Positions 47,784 through 57,184 of a stretch of 64,000 nucleotides of DNA are shown piece after piece. A program made the position numbers and the translations under genes. Position 1 is the stretch's first letter. Every line of letters starts with the position of its first letter. The stretch is from Verrucomicrobiota bacterium (GTDB lineage: Bacteria > Verrucomicrobiota > Kiritimatiellia > CAIQIC01 > Lenti-01), in the NCBI GenBank assembly GCA_031262805.1, contig JAISGX010000036.1, positions 22,257 to 86,256 of the forward strand. Reading direction: 5' to 3'. A model generated the notes under the pieces. That model was not told the DNA's origin. It did no database searches and worked only from the letters and a program-made list of their open reading frames with translations.

Positions 47784-50700
47784 GCATTGCGCAGTTTTCG
47801 ATTGATAAAAAAGTCATCACCTATGCCTTCACGGCGGCCATTCTGCTCGGCGGCATGCTGGCCTATACCAAGATTGGACGCTTGGAAGACCCCGAATTCA
47901 CCATCAAGGCCGCCCAGATCATCACGATGTATCCGGGCACCACAGCGCAGGAGGTGCTCGAGGAAATCACCGACCCCATTGAAATCGCCGTCCAGAAAAT
48001 GGGGCAGCTCAAACGCGTCACCAGCACCTCGTATCCCGGCCGTTCCATCATCATGGTGGAAATGGAGGATAAATATGGGAAGAAAGATCTCCCGCAGATT
48101 TGGGATGAACTGCGGCACAAGGTGGCCGACATGCAGGACAGCCTGCCGACGGGCGCCTCCGTGCCGCTGGTGGCGGACGATTTCGGCGATGTCTATGGCG
48201 TCTTCTATGCCATTTATGGCGATGGATATTCCTTCGCCGATCTGAAGGCCTATGCCAAACTGCTACGGCGGGAACTGCTCCAGTGCGAGGATGTCGCCAA
48301 AATCGACATGATCGGCGATCAGCAGGAAGTGGTGTATCTGGAAATCTCCCGCGCCCGCATGGCCGGACTCGGCATCACGCCCCAGCAAATCCAATCCGTC
48401 ATCAGCGGGCAGAATACGGCCGCAGACGCCGGATCCATTGAAATCGGCGACAAATATATCCGTATTTCCCCCACCGGCAAGCTGCAATCTGTGGAGGAAC
48501 TGGGCGAGTTGCTCCTCGTGCAGGGCTCGGCAGCGGGTCAGCAACGGGTCCGTTTGAAGGACCTCGCCACCATCCGGCGCGCCTATCAGGAACCCGCCGA
48601 CGCCCTGCTCCGCTATAACGGCCATCCGTGCATCGGCCTAGGTATCTCGACCGCCAAAGGAGGAAACGTGATGGTCATGGGCGCCTCCATCGACAAACGC
48701 ATGCTGGAGCTGCAGTCCGAAACCCCCGTTGGCATCGAAGTCGGCATCATTTCCCATCAGGCGGACAGCGTGGATGTCGCCATCCGGGGCTTCATCGTCA
48801 GCCTGGTCGAAGCCGTCCTCATCGTGGTGGCCGTCCTGCTGTTCTCCATGGGGCTACAGAGCGGCATTTTAATCGGCGCGATCGTCATCGTCACCGTCAT
48901 GAGCACCCTCATGGTGATGCAAAGCATGGGCATCCTGCTCGAACGTATCAGCCTCGGCGCCTTCATCATCGCCTTGGGCATGCTGGTGGACAACGCCATC
49001 GTCATCACCGAAGCCGTGCTGATCGCGGCCCAAAAGGGCCTCAACAAGGTCAAGGCTGCCGTGGAAATCGTCGAGCAGACCAAATGGCCCCTCCTCGGCG
49101 CCACCGGGGTCGCCATCCTTTCCTTCGCGCCCATCGGCGCATCCCAGGATTCCACGGGGGAATTCTGCCGTTCCCTCTTCCTCGTGCTGCTGATCTCCCT
49201 CTTCATGAGCTGGGTGCTCGCCATCACCTTGACGCCCCTACTGGCTTCCAGTTTCCTCAAAGTGAAAAAACAGCCTGAAAATGCGAAGCCCGTCGATCCT
49301 TACGACACCCACTTCTTCCGTGCTTACCGGGGCCTGCTGATCCGCTGCATCCGCCACCGCTGGCTGTTCATGCTCGTCATGGTCGTCCTGCTGCTGCTCG
49401 CCGGATACGGCTTCCGCTTCGTGAAGCAGAACTTCTTCCCCGATTCCACCCGCCCCCAGATGATGGTGCACTTGTGGATGCCGGAAGGCAGTTCTATCTA
49501 TTCCACGGCCGAACGCATCCAACAGCTCGGCGACCATGTCAAAACCCTCGATGGCGTCACGGGCATCACCGACATGGTCGGCACTGGCGGACTGCGCTTC
49601 CTGCTCACCTACACCCCCGAAGATCCGGATCCGGCCTATGGCATTTTGTTTGTGGATATCGAGGATTCCACCCTGGTGCCCCACCTGTCGAAGACCATCG
49701 ACGAATTCGCCAGAGAAAACATTCCCGATGCGTTGGTTTACTCCCAACGTTTCGTGCTCGGCCCGGGCGATCCACAGAAAATTCAGATGCGCATCATCGG
49801 AACGGATGCCGCCCTCCTTCGCCAGGTTGCCGACAAAGCCCTCGACGTGATGCGCGCAGACCCCAAGCTGGTTGAAATCCAATCCGACTGGCGAAACCGC
49901 GTGGACTTGATCCGTCCGGTCATCTCCACCAACCACGCCCGCAACCTCGGCATCACGCGCACGGAAATCGCCGCCGCCTTCAAGGAGGCCACCACGGGCA
50001 TTCCCATCGGCGCCTATAAGGAAGGCGATGAAAGCCTGCCGATTCTCCTTCGTGCGCCCGAACACGAACTGGAGGACCCCGACTCCCTATTCAGTGCGTG
50101 GTTCTGGGCCGCACGTCTCGGCCGCTCCATTCCCCTCTCCCAACTTGTGGACCGTTTCGAAAACACATCCGAGGAAGCCCTTCTGCAACGCCGAAACCGC
50201 TCGCTGTGCATCACCGTCAAATGCAACACCAGCGGCGAGGAAACCGCCGCCACGGCCTTCAAGCGCCTCGCGCCGAAGTTGCTCGCCGCCACGGCGGACA
50301 TGCCGGAAGGCTATTTCACGGAATGGGGCGGGGAGCACGAAAGCTCCACCAACGCCAATAGCGGTCTAGCAGGCAAGATTCCCCCCATTGTCGCGATCAT
50401 GATCCTGATCGTGATCGCCCTGTTCAACTCGATCCGGCAGCCCGTCGTCATCTTCATGACCGTTCCGCTCACCCTCATTGGCGTGACGGTCGGCCTGCTC
50501 GTTTTCGGCCAGCCCTTCGGGTTCATGGCCCTGCTCGGTTTTCTCAGCCTCGGCGGCATGCAGCTCCGCAATGCCATTGTCCTGATTGATGAAATCAACG
50601 CACAGAAAGCACATGGAGAGAACGACTTCAACGCCATCGTCAATGCAGGAGTCATCCGTCTGCGGCCCGTCGTCATGGCCGCCACCACCACGGTGCTGGG

Positions 50701-50842
50701 CATGTTGCCTCTCGTGGTGGATGCCTTTTATGCCTCCATGGCCGTCACCATCATGTGCGGGCTGACCTTCGCCACCATCCTCACCATGGTTGTCATTCCG
50801 GTCAACTATGCCATTGTTTTCCGTGTACCCAATCCCCATTGA
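47780..50842 (+). CDS. RND efflux permease (AcrB/HAE1 family)
   Basis: MSIAQFSIDKKVITYAFTAAILLGG... 12-TM architecture with two large periplasmic loops. Start at MSIAQ (47780), not the longer table ORF. Confidence 0.9.
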   Translation: MSIAQFSIDKKVITYAFTAAILLGGMLAYTKIGRLEDPEFTIKAAQIITMYPGTTAQEVLEEITDPIEIAVQKMGQLKRVTSTSYPGRSIIMVEMEDKYGKKDLPQIWDELRHKVADMQDSLPTGASVPLVADDFGDVYGVFYAIYGDGYSFADLKAYAKLLRRELLQCEDVAKIDMIGDQQEVVYLEISRARMAGLGITPQQIQSVISGQNTAADAGSIEIGDKYIRISPTGKLQSVEELGELLLVQGSAAGQQRVRLKDLATIRRAYQEPADALLRYNGHPCIGLGISTAKGGNVMVMGASIDKRMLELQSETPVGIEVGIISHQADSVDVAIRGFIVSLVEAVLIVVAVLLFSMGLQSGILIGAIVIVTVMSTLMVMQSMGILLERISLGAFIIALGMLVDNAIVITEAVLIAAQKGLNKVKAAVEIVEQTKWPLLGATGVAILSFAPIGASQDSTGEFCRSLFLVLLISLFMSWVLAITLTPLLASSFLKVKKQPENAKPVDPYDTHFFRAYRGLLIRCIRHRWLFMLVMVVLLLLAGYGFRFVKQNFFPDSTRPQMMVHLWMPEGSSIYSTAERIQQLGDHVKTLDGVTGITDMVGTGGLRFLLTYTPEDPDPAYGILFVDIEDSTLVPHLSKTIDEFARENIPDALVYSQRFVLGPGDPQKIQMRIIGTDAALLRQVADKALDVMRADPKLVEIQSDWRNRVDLIRPVISTNHARNLGITRTEIAAAFKEATTGIPIGAYKEGDESLPILLRAPEHELEDPDSLFSAWFWAARLGRSIPLSQLVDRFENTSEEALLQRRNRSLCITVKCNTSGEETAATAFKRLAPKLLAATADMPEGYFTEWGGEHESSTNANSGLAGKIPPIVAIMILIVIALFNSIRQPVVIFMTVPLTLIGVTVGLLVFGQPFGFMALLGFLSLGGMQLRNAIVLIDEINAQKAHGENDFNAIVNAGVIRLRPVVMAATTTVLGMLPLVVDAFYASMAVTIMCGLTFATILTMVVIPVNYAIVFRVPNPH

Positions 50843-50900
50843 GAGGGAGAGAGGGCCCAAGCGGCCCTCTCCTTCCCTCCTTTCACGAAAGGAAGATGAC

Positions 50901-51659
50901 ATGACAAAAATCCGTTTTTTCTCTCTGTTGGCTTTCTTCCTGGCCGCGCTGCAGGCCAGCGCCCAGGTGGCGTCAGGCGGAGAAGCCAGCACCCCACCGA
51001 AACCCGCTTTTACCACCACGATCTCTCTGGGCACCACCTATACCGAGGGCAACAGCGATACCGCCGTGCTCAACCTGCGCTACGCCACCGAAGGCCAGAA
51101 GGAGCGCCTCGGCACCCTGACGGCCAAAGTGGAAGCCAATTACGGTGAGAACCGGGTGGATGGCCTCAAGGACACCATCACGGAAAACTTCAAGGCCTCC
51201 CTGAACATCAAGAAGGATGTCGGCCGCTGGTATATTTCCGGCGACACCTCCTACTTCTACGACGATATTGCCCTGGTGGATTACCGCATTCTCCTCGGTC
51301 CCGGCGTGGGCCGCCGCCTACTGCAAAGCGACGCGCAGACCCTCACCGTGGAAACCGGCCCCTCCTACCTCTGGGAGCGGGTGGACGGCATCAAGGACGA
51401 CTATGTCGCCCTCCGCCTGGCGGAAAATTATGCCTGGCAAATCAGCGCCACCGCCAAATTCCACCAATCGCTGGAATATCTGCCCAAGGTGGATGATTTC
51501 GAGAATTATCTGTTGCATGCCGAAGTCGGGATCGAAACCGCCATCAACGAATGGATGAATCTGGCCCTGATCGTGCAGGACAAATACGACAATATTCCCG
51601 CCGCGGGCACGGAGCACAACGACCTCAGCATCATCGCCAGCCTCGGCATTTCCTTCTAA
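50901..51659 (+). CDS. DUF481-family outer-membrane beta-barrel protein
   Basis: Signal peptide MTKIRFFSLLAFFLAALQASAQV, alternating beta-strand pattern, C-terminal ...SLGISF. Confidence 0.65.
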   Translation: MTKIRFFSLLAFFLAALQASAQVASGGEASTPPKPAFTTTISLGTTYTEGNSDTAVLNLRYATEGQKERLGTLTAKVEANYGENRVDGLKDTITENFKASLNIKKDVGRWYISGDTSYFYDDIALVDYRILLGPGVGRRLLQSDAQTLTVETGPSYLWERVDGIKDDYVALRLAENYAWQISATAKFHQSLEYLPKVDDFENYLLHAEVGIETAINEWMNLALIVQDKYDNIPAAGTEHNDLSIIASLGISF

Positions 51660-51784
51660 GTCGGCCTCCCGCACGCCCCGCCCGGCATGCCATCCCCCGA
51701 GAGGGCATGTTCGGAATAGCGCTCCTTCTTCGGATTGATTTTTGTGCTGACATCTGGTTCTATTGTCCGATTCGAGTTCTCCCC

Positions 51785-53602
51785 ATGGCAAAAGCATCCC
51801 ATACCTACGACGAAAGCAAAATTCAGACCCTTTCTGCGCTGGAACACATCCGTAAACGCACCGGCATGTATATCGGCCGCGTGGGCGACGGCACCCAGTA
51901 TGACGACGGCATTTATGTGTTGCTCAAGGAGGTTGTGGACAATGCCGTGGATGAATTCATCATGGGATATGGCAAGCGCGTAGACATCACGATGGAAGGC
52001 ACCACGGTTTCCGTCCGGGACTACGGCCGGGGCATTCCGCTGGGGAAGGTGGTGGAATGCGTATCGCGCATCAACACCGGCGCCAAGTATAACGACGATG
52101 TCTTTCAATTTTCCGTCGGCCTCAACGGGGTCGGCACCAAGGCCGTCAACGCCCTTTCCTCTTCGTTCCAGGTGCAGTCGCACCGCGACGGGGAATTTGC
52201 CGGCGCCCGTTTCTCCCGGGGGGAGCTACTCAAAAAATCCGCCGGTACGTGCGCCGGAACCCCCAACGGCACTTTGATTGAATTTGTGCCGGATACGGAG
52301 ATTTTCGGCTCCTCCGCCTATCTCCCCGAACTGGTCCAGCGCCGCCTGCGGCTCTATGCCTGCCTCCATGCCGGGCTGGAGATCGTCTGCAACGGCGAAC
52401 GCATCATTTCCGAAAATGGATTGACGGATTTGATTCTGGAGGAAGTCGGCGACGAATCCGTCTATGGCCCCCTGCACTTCCGTTCCCCCACGCTCGAAAT
52501 TGCATTCACCCACACGCAACGGTTCAACGAAACCTTTTTTTCTTTCGTCAACGGCCAATTCACATCGGACGGCGGCACCCATTTGTCCGCCTTCCGCGAA
52601 GGCTTTCTCAAAGGCGTGAACGAATTCGCCAAAGCCAAATTCGACGGCGATGATGTGCGCGAATCCATGGTGGGCGCCATCGCCATCCGCTTGAAGGACC
52701 CGGTCTTTGAATCCCAAACCAAGAACAAGTTGGGCAATACGGAAATCCGATCCGAGCTGGTGGCTCGGATCCGCGACATTACGGTCGACCTGCTCCACCG
52801 CAATCCGGAAGCTGCGGAAATCTTGGTCAAAAAGATCGAAGAAACGCAGAGCCTCCGCAAAGAACTGCAAACCGTCAAAAAGCTGGCGCGGGAGCGTTCC
52901 AAGGCCGTCAGCATCCGCATTCCGCAATTAAAGGACTGCAAAACCCATCTGGACGCCAAACGGAACCGTGGGAGGGAGAGCATGCTTTTCATCACCGAGG
53001 GGCAATCCGCCGCCGGCTCCATCACGGCCTGCCGGAATGTCACCACGCAGGCGGTGTTCACCCTGCGCGGCAAACCCCTCAACGTGGCGGAATTGAACCG
53101 CGAAGCCGTCTACACCAACGAAGAACTGTATAACCTGATGCGGGCGCTCAATATCGAAGACTCCCTGGCCGGGCTTCGTTTCCAAAACGTCATCATGGCC
53201 ACCGATGCCGATGTGGACGGCCTGCATATCCGGAACCTGCTCCTGACGTTTTTTCTCCGCTTCTTTGAATCCTTCGTGACCGCCGGTCATTTATTCATTC
53301 TGGAGACGCCGCTTTTCCGCGTGCGCAACAAAAAGGAAACGCGCTACTGCTACAGTGAAGCCGAACGCGACAAGGCCATAAAGGCCCTTCGCGCCCCGGA
53401 AGTCACACGCTTCAAGGGCCTGGGCGAAATTTCGCCGTCCGAATTCAAATATTTCATTGGTCCCAACATGCGCCTAACCCCCGTGGTGGTGGAACAAACG
53501 GAACATAAAATTCCATACATCCTGCGATTTTACATGGGCCGTAACACGCCGGAACGCCGCCAATTCATTATGAATTACCTTCGGGTGGACGCAGAAGAAT
53601 GA
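51785..53602 (+). CDS. parE: Type IIA topoisomerase ATPase subunit (ParE/GyrB-like, 605 aa)
   Basis: GHKL ATPase motifs LEHIRKRTGMYIG, EVVDNAVDE, DYGRGIP. Toprim EGQSAAGS, DADVDGLHI. The length favours ParE over GyrB. Confidence 0.8.
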   Translation: MAKASHTYDESKIQTLSALEHIRKRTGMYIGRVGDGTQYDDGIYVLLKEVVDNAVDEFIMGYGKRVDITMEGTTVSVRDYGRGIPLGKVVECVSRINTGAKYNDDVFQFSVGLNGVGTKAVNALSSSFQVQSHRDGEFAGARFSRGELLKKSAGTCAGTPNGTLIEFVPDTEIFGSSAYLPELVQRRLRLYACLHAGLEIVCNGERIISENGLTDLILEEVGDESVYGPLHFRSPTLEIAFTHTQRFNETFFSFVNGQFTSDGGTHLSAFREGFLKGVNEFAKAKFDGDDVRESMVGAIAIRLKDPVFESQTKNKLGNTEIRSELVARIRDITVDLLHRNPEAAEILVKKIEETQSLRKELQTVKKLARERSKAVSIRIPQLKDCKTHLDAKRNRGRESMLFITEGQSAAGSITACRNVTTQAVFTLRGKPLNVAELNREAVYTNEELYNLMRALNIEDSLAGLRFQNVIMATDADVDGLHIRNLLLTFFLRFFESFVTAGHLFILETPLFRVRNKKETRYCYSEAERDKAIKALRAPEVTRFKGLGEISPSEFKYFIGPNMRLTPVVVEQTEHKIPYILRFYMGRNTPERRQFIMNYLRVDAEE

Positions 53603-53802
53603 CCCCTTTCCGCCGCCCTCGGCTCTAGGCTGACGCCCGCCTCTCACATGCGTTCGAGCTCAACGACGTATGCGACGCGATGGGCGAACACGACATCAAG
53701 TGGTAGATCTGGTGCGGGCGACTGCTCCACCTGCTGTTGCGCTTCCTGCGCGACCTGAGCCAGTGGGCTTCTTCCTTCTTCCGGCTCTTCGCCCTTTCCG
53801 CC

Positions 53803-53895
53803 CCGCTCCCAAATCACACCCCTAAACCTTCGGACGAAAACGCCAGCCATTCAGGCGCTTTCACGCTCTCGTTTTGTCCTTATGGGACGAGAGTG
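53803..53895 (+). repeat. Copy B of the ~93-bp structured repeat (left boundary of island 2)
   Basis: ccgctcccaaatcacacccctaaaccttcggacgaaaacgccagccattcaggcgctttcacgctctcgttttgtccttatgggacgagagtg. ~90% identity to 5111-5203. GC drops sharply immediately 3' of it. Confidence 0.8.
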
Positions 53896-54068
53896 AATAG
53901 ATATTGTGTTTTTCGCATGTAACTGCCAACTTTACATGCGGCGGTATCTCCTGTGTCGTTTGCAGATATAAATTCACAATAAGCAAGTGTCCATTGTTGA
54001 CAGCCTGTGCAATTAGCTGGCAATAACGGAGTGCCCTGCTGTGATGATCACCATGCAGTATCGTGATT

Positions 54069-54404
54069 TCATCCACTCATCACAATACGTGCAAAACGAT
54101 CCAATAAGTCCTTTTTTGTCCACCATAATATTAAATCCTCATCGTCATTTGTTGCAGGGCGTATTTTATAAAATTCGTGCCAATCATGGTCATCCACATC
54201 TTTACTGTAAAGTTGCCATAACTGCATCCGTAACGAAGGGATGCCGACTTCTTCAGGAATAAAATATTCATGGTCATACATATGCCTTTTCAATTGCGCA
54301 ATGTCATCCTTTAAAACCTCGCCATCGATAAGTAAGCGACCCCATGCTTTGTAGTTGCTTGCATCGCGATACAGGTATTCAATTACCGTTTTCTGTTTCG
54401 CCAT
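54069..54404 (-). CDS. Orphan hypothetical protein (111 aa), last gene of the island-2 operon
   Basis: AT-rich ORF 6 nt downstream of the HNH gene. No recognisable family. Confidence 0.5.
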   Translation of the reverse strand: MAKQKTVIEYLYRDASNYKAWGRLLIDGEVLKDDIAQLKRHMYDHEYFIPEEVGIPSLRMQLWQLYSKDVDDHDWHEFYKIRPATNDDEDLILWWTKKDLLDRFARIVMSG

Positions 54405-54410
54405 AATTTG

Positions 54411-55172
54411 TCAACCTTTAAAAACATGCTCATTATGCCAGACAAGATAGTTTTTCTCAGGCAAAAACTTCGCTGGTAGAATAATTCTGCGACCCTCCAA
54501 CTCCGCAATCAATTGACCTTGTTTGCTATTGTCTCGTTTGATAGCTCCTGATACCAGTATGCTATAGTCTGCCGTCACCGTAATTAACCCTCTATCAAAC
54601 GCCTTGTCGTGTATGGCTGATAAACACAACCCGTTACGTGGATTTAAGCGTAGTTCGCTTGCTGCAGCCCATGGCACAATGTGGCTTGCAACCAACAAAC
54701 CATGTATTGAAAGACCGCTCATACAGCAACGATTCTGATAACTTGCCATTACCGAGTTGCGGAAAAATGCCTGCCCAATTCTTGCCATTGTTGTAATTAT
54801 TCTGGTTTCACCCATATATGAAATACCGACGTCACTTTCCTGCTTTTCGTCAGGCTGTATACTCGCAAACTGAAAAGCGCACTCTTCACTCAAACTCGTC
54901 CAATCACTATGAAAGGCATCCCATATTCTTTTGTCTGCGACAGAAGCGTTGCCAAGACCTTTGCGACCACTATTGCGTATGGCTGGATCGAGGCTCGCGA
55001 AGTTTACCAATTTCATGGCAACGGCATTGGCCGACCTGCCTAAGAATCGAGCCAACACCTGTATTTGATTGTTTCTTGCATCAATCTTGCCAAAAGGGAG
55101 TTGACAGTATAAGTAAAATGCCAGTTTCAACTCTTGATCAGTCCAGTTTTTTCGCGTGTTTGTAGTTTCCAT
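54411..55172 (-). CDS. HNH endonuclease (HNH_2 / PF13391-like, putative restriction endonuclease)
   Basis: C-terminal motif ASHIVPWAAASELRLNPRNGLCLSAIHDKAFDRGLITV (His...Asn...His-x2-FD-x-G). Distinct N-terminal domain NWTDQELKLAFYLY...LARFLGRSANAVAMKL. Low GC. Confidence 0.75.
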   Translation of the reverse strand: METTNTRKNWTDQELKLAFYLYCQLPFGKIDARNNQIQVLARFLGRSANAVAMKLVNFASLDPAIRNSGRKGLGNASVADKRIWDAFHSDWTSLSEECAFQFASIQPDEKQESDVGISYMGETRIITTMARIGQAFFRNSVMASYQNRCCMSGLSIHGLLVASHIVPWAAASELRLNPRNGLCLSAIHDKAFDRGLITVTADYSILVSGAIKRDNSKQGQLIAELEGRRIILPAKFLPEKNYLVWHNEHVFKG

Positions 55173-55187
55173 CGCGGTATTCCTTGC

Positions 55188-55633
55188 TCACATTACTTTG
55201 TACATTCCGTTCCGTGCTGTAACCGAGTGTTTTTTCGATACTCCGGCTATTGAAAACGGTTGACAAGGGAAACCCGCAAGAAGTATGTCATGCTCCGGTA
55301 TATCATACTCATTGATTTTAGTTATATCGCCGTAAGGCATTACACCAAAGTTTTCATAATACGTTCTTTGGCAATACTTATCCCATTCACTTGAAAAAAC
55401 ACATTCGCCGCCCTGTGCTTCAAAAGCGATACGCATACCGCCTATTCCCGCAAATAGGTCTATAAACCTAAACAAGGCGGCATCGTGCTTGCTCTCTTTG
55501 CTCTTTTCCTCAAATAAGAGGGCAAGGGCTTCTAATATACAATCCTGCCGCGTCTTGTTCGCAACAGTTGCGTATTCTGTTAAGCTGGTGTATATACTCG
55601 ACCATCAAGTCGAATATGTACTTGTTGTGGCAT
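55188..55633 (-). pseudogene. dcm: Remnant of a Dcm/M.EcoRII-like DNA cytosine-5 methyltransferase (motifs I-IV only; N-terminal frameshift, C-terminal two-thirds missing)
   Basis: FRFIDLFAGIGGMRIAFE...VFSSEWDKYCQRTY...[23 protein letters not shown] aligns with E. coli Dcm (FRFIDLFAGIGGIRRGFE...[21 protein letters not shown]) and then stops 14 nt before the HNH start. The upstream in-frame extension has no start codon. MPQQVHIRLDG... is in another frame. Confidence 0.75.
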
Positions 55634-55820
55634 GGTGTTCACCTCTTGGAATTTTCTAATACCTATTATGACACAGTTGTTTCCAACAAGTCAATAAATT
55701 GGGTCTAATGTAATGCCTCCCGTTAGTCAAGGGTGGAGCAGGTGAAGAATTCGATGGCCGCCGCCAGAGTGATCAAGCGGTTTTTCAGCCGCACCCGCGA
55801 GTTGGAGAGGGCGATCCGCC

Positions 55821-55848
55821 CCCATTTTGTCCTTATGGGACGGGAGCG
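55821..55848 (+). repeat. Copy C (truncated) of the structured repeat, right boundary of island 2
   Basis: ccattttgtccttatgggacgggagcg shares the 17-nt core TTTTGTCCTTATGGGAC and flanks with copies A and B. The GTCC-TTATG-GGAC hairpin is retained. Confidence 0.7.
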
Positions 55849-55932
55849 AAACGATTCCATGATTGAATCCTCCACGGGTTGCGCTACAGTAACGGTTGGT
55901 GGAGCCCCAGCAGAGGATATCGCGTGAATTCA

Positions 55933-57120
55933 ATGTTTCATAAATGGTTTTGGATGGTATGGATTGGATTGGCTTGTGTGGCTTGCGGCCAGGTGAAGGT
56001 CACCAAGTCCGCGGGCGATAAAGTGGGGGTGGATTTATCTGGCATCCAAGTTTCCGGCGGTGCGGCGATCGCAGTGCGCAACACGTTGGTCAACAACTTG
56101 AACCGTTCGGGCTGGATGGAAGTGGCCCCTCCCGGAAAAGGAGGCGTTAAGGTCCGCGGGAGCATCACGGAGGCGAACGGCATGTTGAGCTTCACCTGCA
56201 TCGCCACGGATGCCTCCGGCCACACTCTTCTCAACGGCACCTATTCCCATCCGGTCCCCCGAGCCGTCTATCTGGCCCATCAGGTGGCGGACGACCTGGT
56301 GATCAAAAGCACCGGGAAACCGACTTTCTTCCAGGCCAAATTGGCCATGATCGGCGTCCGCAGTGGCGCCAAAGAGCTGTATGTGGCGGATTCCAGCGTG
56401 CAGGATGTCCGCCAAATCACTCATGACCGCTCCATCGCCATCAAACCCCGCTGGAGCCCGGACAACCGGTATATTTCCTATACGTCCTTCCGGCAGCGTT
56501 ATCCAGATGTCTATACCATCGAATGGGCCACAGGCATCCGCACCCGGGTGGCGGCTTATCCCGGCGTGAATTCCGGCGGCGCCATTTCGCCGGACGGGCG
56601 CTCTATGGCGCTGATTCTGTCCAAGGACGGCAACCCGGACCTCTATGTGCAGGATATGCCAAGCAAGCGCCTGACCCGCCTGACCCATACCCCACGAGCG
56701 GTGGAAGGCTCCCCCGCCTGGTCCCCGGACGGCTCACGGATCGTCTATGTCTCGGACGCCTCCGGCACCCCCCAGCTGTATCTTATTCCCCGGACCGGAG
56801 GCACTCCCACCCGCCTGACCACCAGTGGAAGTCAGAATGTGGCTCCGGATTGGGGGAAAAATGGCTTGATTGCCTATCAAACCCTAATCGGCGGCCATTT
56901 TCAGATTGCCGTGATCGACCCCTCCACCCGAGAAAGTCGCATCATCTCCCCCTTGGATGCCGCTTACGAGGATCCTTCCTGGGCACCGGACGAGCGCCAC
57001 CTCGCCGCCGCCCGCTCCGTCAACTACAAGTATTCGGTTTACCTTCTTGACAGTATGGGCGACAAACCCGTAGCGTTGACAACATCAGGCGATTGGCTCG
57101 CCCCGGCATGGACGCGGTAA
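55933..57120 (+). CDS. tolB: Tol-Pal system beta-propeller protein TolB
   Basis: Signal peptide, then repeated WSPDG / PAWSPDG / PDW WD-like propeller blades. Confidence 0.85.
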   Translation: MFHKWFWMVWIGLACVACGQVKVTKSAGDKVGVDLSGIQVSGGAAIAVRNTLVNNLNRSGWMEVAPPGKGGVKVRGSITEANGMLSFTCIATDASGHTLLNGTYSHPVPRAVYLAHQVADDLVIKSTGKPTFFQAKLAMIGVRSGAKELYVADSSVQDVRQITHDRSIAIKPRWSPDNRYISYTSFRQRYPDVYTIEWATGIRTRVAAYPGVNSGGAISPDGRSMALILSKDGNPDLYVQDMPSKRLTRLTHTPRAVEGSPAWSPDGSRIVYVSDASGTPQLYLIPRTGGTPTRLTTSGSQNVAPDWGKNGLIAYQTLIGGHFQIAVIDPSTRESRIISPLDAAYEDPSWAPDERHLAAARSVNYKYSVYLLDSMGDKPVALTTSGDWLAPAWTR

Positions 57121-57184
57121 GGCTTGTGAAACGGCCTGTGGATTTCGATTTGGATAAGGAAAAGAAGGCAAGGAGAAGAGAAAA

